The translations under genes were made by a program, and so were the position numbers. The notes under the pieces are model-generated. The model was not told the origin of the DNA. It worked only from the letters and a program-made list of their open reading frames with translations, and did no database searches. A DNA stretch of 52,016 bases from a virus (taxonomy: Duplodnaviria; Caudoviricetes): IMG/VR virus record IMGVR_UViG_3300011438_000014, positions 1 through 52,016 of that record; one strand, 5' to 3'. This document shows, piece by piece, positions 19,305-26,232 of the stretch; position 1 is the first letter of the stretch; each line of letters starts with the position of its first letter.

Positions 19305-19649
19305 CTATTGTGTCGTGTTCGTTTTCGGAACCTTGACCACCGCCTCATAGAGAGCGAATGGCTCATCGGATTCACGCTTTTTCCCCGAAGCTATCTCTTC
19401 GAGCAAGATTAAAAATTCCTCCAGCATCCTGGCTTGGTCCGCCGCCTTGGTCGCCTCCACCTTGTCACTGTCATCACCCGTGGTGACGTGATCGATCAAA
19501 AGCTCCCCGGCCAACAGTGTTTGCTCAAGCGACCTGGAGCGCAGGATCAGGCATAGATCCCGGTATGCCGGCTGGCGCAGCCATTCCCGGAGCGCCCGGG
19601 CTCGTTCCTGAGTTAGCGGCACCTGGCTGACTTGGATCTGTGGGTCCAT
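19305..19649 (-). CDS. Hypothetical helical protein after the portal
   Basis: 114 aa; start lies inside the last 125 nt of the portal gene. Confidence 0.65.
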   Translation of the reverse strand: MDPQIQVSQVPLTQERARALREWLRQPAYRDLCLILRSRSLEQTLLAGELLIDHVTTGDDSDKVEATKAADQARMLEEFLILLEEIASGKKRESDEPFALYEAVVKVPKTNTTQ

Positions 19650-22002
19650 TGATTGGCGGCAGTTTCAACAACTGCCAGATTAAGTCAACTTTCTGAGTCA
19701 GTTCCTCATCCTTCTTCAGCATGGGAACGATGCCATCCTTCACCTCGGTCAGAATCTTGACCTCGACCTCTTTGGCGAACTGTTCCTTGACCTGATCAAC
19801 CAATTGCTTCAACTGCGCTTTGGCTTGTTCTGCCTGCTTCTCCGGAGTCAGCCCGGTGTTCTTCAGTGGCACATCCAGCGGCAACTTGAGCAGTTTCGCG
19901 ATGGCGTTGGCCAAAGCAATGGCCTGGTCAGGTCCGAGGGCTTGGGCCGTGATCGGGTTGTTCAACAGGTCGCGCGACCATTCCGACAGCACTCGCGCCG
20001 TCTCGCCATCGGTCGCCTCATCTCCGCTGTTCGGCAAAAGCGAGAACGACAGCAGGTCAGACAGCACCTTCGACGCCTTTCCCTTGACGTGGGCTCGGCC
20101 AGCCGATCGTTCCGGTTCTTCCACAAACGAGAATCCAATCTCTTCCAGCACCGCCTTGTCCACATCCTCTTCGTAAGGAATCTCGGCCGTGAAATCGTCT
20201 TCACCTTCGTTCATCCACGCCTCGTACACCTGATAGCCCCAAGCGTGCATGAAAGCGTCCACGGGGATGCCGATGTACTGGAGCGCGTTGGTTGTGGTGC
20301 CACCCAGCGACACAATCTCTGCCCGTGACTGTTCGTGCGACGCAGCTTGTCCCACCTCCTGTGATGAAAAATTGTTCACGCGCTCCGCAAGCGCGATGAC
20401 CGTGCGGGCCGCGGTGAGAATCGACTGCGTGTCAATCTGCGGGAACCGATGCGAGTAGATCGCGGCGCCGATGTTGTCACGCTGCCGGTGGGTCTTCTTC
20501 CCGTCGAAAGTCTGGAGATTCAGCGTGCGAAAGAATCCTTCCCCCAAGTTCTTCAGCTTCTCGATCGACTTCTTGTCGAGAATGTTCTCATCAATGAGTG
20601 TGTACTGCGCCAAGTTTTGCTTTACCGAAAGGATGTACTGCGAAATCAAATTGCTCAACTGGTCCTGAAACGGCGCCAGCTTCAGACCCATCGAAGCGTC
20701 TTCGACCTTGCTCTCGTCGCCGTTGTCCCGAAGAGAAAGGATCGCCCGGTAGCACAATGGCTCGGCGTAAACAATCGTACCATCCCCAGCGCACATGAAG
20801 CGCGCCCAGATCGGATATTCGTAATCTCCCAACCCTTCATCCTTGGGAATTATTCGCTCACGGTATTCGTACGTGACCACCGATTTGTCCGCATCGGCGA
20901 TGCTGTAGTAGTTGCCTTCCCTGATCGCGTTCTCTCGATCCAAGTTTCCTCGCCCCGTTGGTGGCATGTTTGCGGCACTGGGTGCGTTGATGACGCAGTT
21001 GTTGAAAAAGATATTGAGAAACGACGTGTTGTCGGTCCACCAACTCACGTCACCCATCGACACCGTTTCCAGATTCCAGAGATCCTTGTTCTTCTGGAGT
21101 TCCTTGAACGGCAACACCTTCCAGTGGCCACCCCAGTCACAACCCGTCTCGGTGTTAAAGGTCCGCACCGGATGGGCACGATCCCAAAACACACGCGATG
21201 GATGCGGGAGAAAGTAACGCAGCCCCTCCTTGGACACGTACTTCTCGTAGTTGTCCGGGTCGCCCTTTTTCTTCTTGGCCGGCTTGGAGTCGGCGGTCTT
21301 TTTCTTCCCCTTCTGGCGAAGCTGTTCTTCCCAGTGCCAGTTCTCCTGCGTGAACAACAGGGCGCCCTGGGGATACAGCAGCATTTGATGCACTGCTTGG
21401 TCGAGTGTCGCCAAGTAGTTGTACTGCTGCGACATCACGCGCATCCGCGACTTCACCGCGCTGCACTTCAGGCGGTTCTTTCGCGTGTTAACGGCCGGTG
21501 GGTAGTCGAAGAAGTACTGCTTGTTCCGATCGTTTACAATCTTCGCCTTCCGCATCGACAACATCCCGTGGACGAGCGGGATGGTGATGGCAAAAAACAT
21601 CGGGACGTTGAGCTTCTTGATTTCCTTGCCGGTCTTGGGATCGAGATCGACCGTGAACGATTGATTGAGATCAAACCCGAACATCGTGAGGGCTTTCTCG
21701 GCTTCCTCGGTGGTCTTGCTGGTTTCAGCGATGTTCCAGAGAAGGGTGGGACTGACCTGCCGGTAAGGGGCATCCCAAATGAGGTCGCACGCCCGAATCG
21801 TACGGAAATTTTTCGTGCAGTAATCCCGTCCGCTGACACATCGGGCACGTATCCGCTCCTGTAAGGCGTCGAGCTTTTCATTCCCATACTTGACGACCGG
21901 CATCCGGCCACCCTTGGCCTTCTTGGGCGCCGGCAATGTCAGAAGCGTCTTCCATTTCGCCACTGACACGCCCATTGCCTCCAAAATTCCTTTGTCGATC
22001 AT
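19525..22002 (-). CDS. Probable portal protein
   Basis: 825 aa; first large gene of the head operon; P22/N4-like layout (LAPFQDQLSNL, SRAEI) with a coiled-coil and Pro/Gly-rich tail. Confidence 0.7.
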   Translation of the reverse strand: MIDKGILEAMGVSVAKWKTLLTLPAPKKAKGGRMPVVKYGNEKLDALQERIRARCVSGRDYCTKNFRTIRACDLIWDAPYRQVSPTLLWNIAETSKTTEEAEKALTMFGFDLNQSFTVDLDPKTGKEIKKLNVPMFFAITIPLVHGMLSMRKAKIVNDRNKQYFFDYPPAVNTRKNRLKCSAVKSRMRVMSQQYNYLATLDQAVHQMLLYPQGALLFTQENWHWEEQLRQKGKKKTADSKPAKKKKGDPDNYEKYVSKEGLRYFLPHPSRVFWDRAHPVRTFNTETGCDWGGHWKVLPFKELQKNKDLWNLETVSMGDVSWWTDNTSFLNIFFNNCVINAPSAANMPPTGRGNLDRENAIREGNYYSIADADKSVVTYEYRERIIPKDEGLGDYEYPIWARFMCAGDGTIVYAEPLCYRAILSLRDNGDESKVEDASMGLKLAPFQDQLSNLISQYILSVKQNLAQYTLIDENILDKKSIEKLKNLGEGFFRTLNLQTFDGKKTHRQRDNIGAAIYSHRFPQIDTQSILTAARTVIALAERVNNFSSQEVGQAASHEQSRAEIVSLGGTTTNALQYIGIPVDAFMHAWGYQVYEAWMNEGEDDFTAEIPYEEDVDKAVLEEIGFSFVEEPERSAGRAHVKGKASKVLSDLLSFSLLPNSGDEATDGETARVLSEWSRDLLNNPITAQALGPDQAIALANAIAKLLKLPLDVPLKNTGLTPEKQAEQAKAQLKQLVDQVKEQFAKEVEVKILTEVKDGIVPMLKKDEELTQKVDLIWQLLKLPPINGPTDPSQPGAANSGTSPGAPGMAAPAGIPGSMPDPALQVA

Positions 22003-22153
22003 ACGCCAAGTGCAATCTGCTCAGGCTTTAGGATCTTGTCTGATTTAACAATGTTCTCAACCACCCAGAGCGGTTGCAGGTTTTCCATCGCCTCGCGATG
22101 ACTTTCCCGGTAAGCCTTTTTGTGGCTTTATCTTTGCCAGGATTGGGACGCAT
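21999..22153 (-). pseudogene. Internally deleted HNH/EndoVII-like endonuclease remnant
   Basis: ATG 22153 follows the upstream stop directly. One frame reads KKAYRESHREA-MENLQPLWVVENIVKSDKILKPEQIALGV-stop, matching the NLQPLWxxENxxKSDK C-terminus of this family (compare NLRPEWATKN in 50179-50754). Its TGA overlaps the portal ATG. Confidence 0.7.
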
Positions 22154-22393
22154 TTATTTCTTTTTCATCATCACCGCCTTGGCTGCCGGCGACGCCGTCT
22201 CGGGCATCTCCATCTCCGGCTCTTCCGCGGGATCCGCTTCGTCCTTCGTGACGGAATCCAATTCGATGTCGTAGCTACCGTCCGGTTTGGCTGTACCAAA
22301 AGTGCCGGAGAATGTGCCAGTGACCGCCTCACCCGGTTTGCATGTGGAAAACGCTGAGGCGTAAGTCGCGGGACTGACTGTGAGTGTGTCCAT
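22154..22393 (-). CDS. Small acidic hypothetical protein, first gene of the head operon
   Basis: 79 aa; preceded by a promoter-like element. Confidence 0.65.
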   Translation of the reverse strand: MDTLTVSPATYASAFSTCKPGEAVTGTFSGTFGTAKPDGSYDIELDSVTKDEADPAEEPEMEMPETASPAAKAVMMKKK

Positions 22394-22440
22394 ACCCGAT
22401 TCATGCTTGAAAAGCTACTGAGAGGCAACGCTAATCTCCT

Positions 22441-24045
22441 GTGATGCAAGACCACGACACGAACCAGTTCCTTCCAACTCTCTCCGAGAAGGGGCAATAC
22501 CTTTACAATCTCGCCGTGCGCGCCCGCGAGATGCACCGGCACGTGGCACCCGCCTGCCTCTGTTCCGGGTCAGTGTTGTCCACCAAAACCTGGTCCGTGG
22601 CCACCTTGGTCATGCGGCATCTTTGGGAAACACCGGGGGCACGCTTCGTTATCTTCTCCACCCGCGTTAAAACCCTCTCCGACGCCGGCCCGTGGAAGAT
22701 TTTCTATAAGAAAATTTTGCCTGAGTGGTGCCACCCGGAAACCGGGATCGGAATGAAGATTCTATCCCAGACACGGGATGGAATTTTTGGCCCCATCGTC
22801 AACTCCACCACGCGCACCATCCTGCTGCGTGTCTCCAATTACTACGGCGGCATGTCCGAAATCCAATTGAACTCGATCCAGAACGAAGGCGAGATCGACG
22901 ACAAACTTCTTTCCACCTCCTATTCCGGCATCTGGTTTTCCGAATTGAAGCTCTGGAAATCCCCCAATCTGTTCAAGGTTTCACGCAACCGGCTCCGCAT
23001 GGACCACATCGAGCCCTGGCAACACCTCTGGATTGCCGACACCAACCCACCAAAGGAAGCCACGAAGTCATGGATTTACCCGCTCTGGTTCAAGGCAGGT
23101 GAAAAACAGATACCAGACCACCTTGCCAGCCGGGTCACACCAGAAATTTTGGATGAGGTCCGGCGCTCCATGCATCTGATCGAGTGGACGATGGACGATA
23201 ACCCGTTCATGTCCGATGAGGCCAAACAAGCCAAGCTGCTGGAACTCTCCGACGACCCGTATGTCTATCAGCGTGACGGTCTTGGATTGTGGGTGTCAGG
23301 TGGTGAAGGCTCCAATTTCCTGTTTACTAGCGTGTTCAAGAAACATGAACACGTCATTGGGATCAAGGACAGCGAATACCCACACCGCGGCGCTATCAAG
23401 CTCGCCGCTGGCTCCGACCATCTCTACAGCGGTTGGGATCTTGGCGGTGGCGCCAACCACGCGGCCGGTATCATCGAGAAACGCCTCGTCCTTTCCCCTA
23501 CTGGCCCCATCTCGGTCTTCTCCGTGATTGCCTCCGTATCGCGCACTGATGAGCACGTTCTCATCCAAGACTTCACCAAACTTTTCATGACTGAACGGGA
23601 GAAGATCGCGAAGCGCTATCCCGACCGAAAAATCAGCATGACCCACTACAGCGACGACAGCGCCGTCAACCAGCCTCGGGCCTCCGGTGCGGGGTTCGAT
23701 TACCTGGAGGTGATGATTGCCTCCCGCAGTGACACTGACCCGGAAAGCCAGATCGTTCTCGTCGGTGTCCCGAAACCGAACAAGAGCGTGGGCGCCCGCA
23801 TCCGATTACTGCGTCGCCTGATTCGCGAGGGACGTTTCTACGTGTCCGCCAACTGCGAGGATGTAATCGCCATGCTCGAAGAGGCGACATCGAGCGCCAC
23901 GGAAGAAATCGAGTGGAGCGAACACAAGCACGTGTTCGACTGGATCAGTTACGTGCTCTGGATGCTCTGCGGGGATGAACTGGAAGAGATGTCACAGGGA
24001 CCGAAAGCTGAAGGTGACTCCACTACGATTGCTGTGCCTTTGTGA
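22441..24045 (+). CDS. terL: Terminase large subunit
   Basis: Walker A-like SGSVLSTKT, Walker B-like GIWFSE, motif C IADTNPP, DDNPF, RNase H-like GWDLG and a terminal HVFD. Confidence 0.85.
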   Translation: MMQDHDTNQFLPTLSEKGQYLYNLAVRAREMHRHVAPACLCSGSVLSTKTWSVATLVMRHLWETPGARFVIFSTRVKTLSDAGPWKIFYKKILPEWCHPETGIGMKILSQTRDGIFGPIVNSTTRTILLRVSNYYGGMSEIQLNSIQNEGEIDDKLLSTSYSGIWFSELKLWKSPNLFKVSRNRLRMDHIEPWQHLWIADTNPPKEATKSWIYPLWFKAGEKQIPDHLASRVTPEILDEVRRSMHLIEWTMDDNPFMSDEAKQAKLLELSDDPYVYQRDGLGLWVSGGEGSNFLFTSVFKKHEHVIGIKDSEYPHRGAIKLAAGSDHLYSGWDLGGGANHAAGIIEKRLVLSPTGPISVFSVIASVSRTDEHVLIQDFTKLFMTEREKIAKRYPDRKISMTHYSDDSAVNQPRASGAGFDYLEVMIASRSDTDPESQIVLVGVPKPNKSVGARIRLLRRLIREGRFYVSANCEDVIAMLEEATSSATEEIEWSEHKHVFDWISYVLWMLCGDELEEMSQGPKAEGDSTTIAVPL

Positions 24046-24379
24046 TTTCCGCGTACAACCGCAGCAGCCGCGTGTACATTTTCACCTGCGCAATGGAGCC
24101 CGTCTCCGTGTAGGTCATGCTCCGCGTCCGCAGGTAGGTAATCTGACGCCTGGCTCGCAAGTGATCCACCCCGCACGCCGCAGCGAAAGCGTCCACCACG
24201 TCCACCGCCACGCCTTTCCACGTCTTCCTGAATGAGAGTTCCGCAATGGTGGACTTGGGTAGCTTGGAAATCTGCCCAAGCTCTCGGTGAGATAAACCCC
24301 GCCAGCCTTTCCCGTGTCGGCAACGCGCGAGCAACCGACACACGCAGGGCGGCAGGCGATCTAATTTATCAAGAATCAT
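24023..24379 (-). CDS. XRE-like helix-turn-helix protein
   Basis: LSHRELGQISKLPKSTIAEL HTH pattern; start could be GTG 24451. Confidence 0.6.
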   Translation of the reverse strand: MILDKLDRLPPCVCRLLARCRHGKGWRGLSHRELGQISKLPKSTIAELSFRKTWKGVAVDVVDAFAAACGVDHLRARRQITYLRTRSMTYTETGSIAQVKMYTRLLRLYAEITKAQQS

Positions 24380-24453
24380 TTTACCGCAAACACCAACCAC
24401 GCAACGAACCACCCAAGGGGCCGACAGGTAGGCGCGCGTCTCCGATTGCACGG

Positions 24454-24675
24454 CTATTCAGGCGGCAACTGCGAATTCGTCACAATGCTCGCGTAACTGT
24501 CCTTCTCGATCTGCGCCTTCGCCGCCTCGAAGTCAGCATCGGTGACAGTTGGCTTCGCGAGCAAATCCTTGATGGCCAAGAACGCACCCGGCGCGTTTTG
24601 CAGGAGCCACTGGATGCCAGCGATGACGAGTTGGGCAGTGAGATTTTGCATGGGAGATTTCGTTTCAGTTGGCAT
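24454..24675 (-). CDS. Small amphipathic protein in the lysis-like cluster
   Basis: 73 aa colinear ORF with a hydrophobic N-terminal half. Confidence 0.6.
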   Translation of the reverse strand: MPTETKSPMQNLTAQLVIAGIQWLLQNAPGAFLAIKDLLAKPTVTDADFEAAKAQIEKDSYASIVTNSQLPPE

Positions 24676-24687
24676 AAAATTGTGGTG

Positions 24688-25146
24688 TTATACTTTCAAT
24701 CCAAACTGTCTCAACAGCCCGATGGCTTGGGCGAGGGCTTCAGTGGATGCCGCCACGGCCGCGTTGAGCCGGTCTTGTGCCGTGGCTACGCCGGGGTCAT
24801 TGGGCGGCACCTTGGCGAACGCCTGCGCGGCGCTCAGCACAGCAATCTGGCTGGCCTGATACTTCTTCCAGGCATCCGAAACCTTCCCCTCCTTTGCGAG
24901 CATCTCGGCCCTGCGCCGATCCGCCCCCGGCACATCGGACTTGGCAAGTTCCGCAATCTCCTTGTACTGCGTGCCGAGATACTCATTCCACCCCCGCAGC
25001 GCAGCCACGGCCCCGGCGTGCGTTATTCCGCTGGCCACATAAACGGTCCGGGTTGGAGTGGACTTGCACCCGCTGCACCCGATAAAGAACACCGGGGCAA
25101 CAAACATGACGAAGGCGAGCAAGGATGACGTGATGAGCTTCTTCAT
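24688..25146 (-). CDS. Lipoprotein (possible spanin component)
   Basis: MKK, hydrophobic stretch and FIGC/SGC lipobox followed by an Ala-rich helical body. Confidence 0.65.
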   Translation of the reverse strand: MKKLITSSLLAFVMFVAPVFFIGCSGCKSTPTRTVYVASGITHAGAVAALRGWNEYLGTQYKEIAELAKSDVPGADRRRAEMLAKEGKVSDAWKKYQASQIAVLSAAQAFAKVPPNDPGVATAQDRLNAAVAASTEALAQAIGLLRQFGLKV

Positions 25147-25202
25147 GCCTTTAACCGTGCGCTGACCAGTTCCCAAATACAAGCCTGAAAGTTTGCAAGG
25201 GG

Positions 25203-25571
25203 TCAATTGATCCCGTCATTTTTTATCTCATCATTCGGTGGTTTTGTAATTTGCACTGAAGTCTTGCGCGTCACCGTCAGGATTGGTTCCTCGCCCTGCA
25301 CTTCAGCCCGCGTGGTGATGGTCGTGTCGGTCTGGATAACATCCGGCAGTGGTGATTTCTGCAAGCGCGTGAAGAAACCAAAACAGCCCGCCACAATAAA
25401 GTTGACCGCCATCAACTTTAGCGTGTTCTCCAAACCGGCCTGGATGTTGAACTTGTCCGGTGCGATCATGATGGCAGACAATCCGCTCGTCACGGCACCC
25501 GCGCCACCGCTTAGGAACGCCGATACCAGCCCGGCGAACCAAACCAATGGGTCTTTGAATCTCATACTCAT
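25203..25571 (-). CDS. Holin-like membrane protein
   Basis: Two hydrophobic segments, LQKSPLP and a hydrophilic tail; two close starts (MSMR). Confidence 0.55.
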   Translation of the reverse strand: MSMRFKDPLVWFAGLVSAFLSGGAGAVTSGLSAIMIAPDKFNIQAGLENTLKLMAVNFIVAGCFGFFTRLQKSPLPDVIQTDTTITTRAEVQGEEPILTVTRKTSVQITKPPNDEIKNDGIN

Positions 25572-25574
25572 AGG

Positions 25575-25841
25575 TCAAATCTTGTCCTTAAACTTATTGA
25601 ACGCATCGGTGTTTCGATCCAGCGCGTCAACGGTTTGCGCGCACACGGCCGTCACCTCGCTGCTGTGCTCCATCAGCTTTTGATACATCCCAAGAATTTG
25701 TGCATCCTTTGTATCTGATGCGGATTCGCTCCGCTTCTGCTGCTTAAGAAATGTCCACACCAACACGACAATCGCGGTCAGAAACCAAACACGATCACCT
25801 TGCGTCGCCAGCCATTTTCCGAACTCGATCCCATCATTCAT
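25575..25841 (-). CDS. Single-pass membrane protein (holin/antiholin-like)
   Basis: One TM segment followed by a coiled-coil C-terminus. Confidence 0.55.
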   Translation of the reverse strand: MNDGIEFGKWLATQGDRVWFLTAIVVLVWTFLKQQKRSESASDTKDAQILGMYQKLMEHSSEVTAVCAQTVDALDRNTDAFNKFKDKI

Positions 25842-26065
25842 TTGTGATGCCGTTTCCCATTATCATCTCGGTGTTTCCAACAACTAATTGCGAAAAATCC
25901 CAACGCAATCAGGATTATGCAGGTGATGGTCGGAAAAGCCATCCCTACAGGTCCATTCCAAGTTGAAAGTATTGGTGAACTGAAATTTCCGATCAAGCTG
26001 CTGGTTGCAATGCTTAGGATCGTTATCGAAACCAAGCGCAAAAAGATTCGGAGTAAAAAGTTCAA
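25838..26065 (-). CDS. Two-TM membrane protein
   Basis: TTG start after GGAGG overlapping the upstream stop; two hydrophobic segments. Confidence 0.5.
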   Translation of the reverse strand: MNFLLRIFLRLVSITILSIATSSLIGNFSSPILSTWNGPVGMAFPTITCIILIALGFFAISCWKHRDDNGKRHHK

Positions 26066-26232
26066 TGCTTTCCTCCCTTCTCGTTCTCGCCATTCCACGT
26101 ATCAGCCAATCGCTCGTTCAACTTCTTCTGCCGCTTGCGCCTCGCCTTCCATTCCATCTCGGTCACCCGGCGACCGTGCCAAATCCACACTCCGGTCTGA
26201 TGCTCGTCCGCCACCTTTTTGCGTGCAGTCAC
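26062..26232 (-). CDS. Small basic hypothetical protein (56 aa, below the ORF-track cutoff)
   Basis: MTARKKVADEHQTGVWIWHGRRVTEMEW...GGKH; GTGA and TTGA overlaps with both neighbours. Confidence 0.55.
   Translation of the reverse strand: MTARKKVADEHQTGVWIWHGRRVTEMEWKARRKRQKKLNERLADTWNGENEKGGKH

Noticed and set aside
18291-19412. 373-aa plus-strand Leu/Phe-rich ORF
   Set aside because: Antisense mirror of the Lys/Glu-rich scaffold gene.
20449-21864. 471-aa plus-strand ORF
   Set aside because: Antisense shadow of the portal gene with no motifs; expected from codon bias in GC-rich DNA.
24232-25128. 298-aa plus-strand ORF after terL
   Set aside because: Spans three coherent minus-strand genes and has no recognisable motifs.
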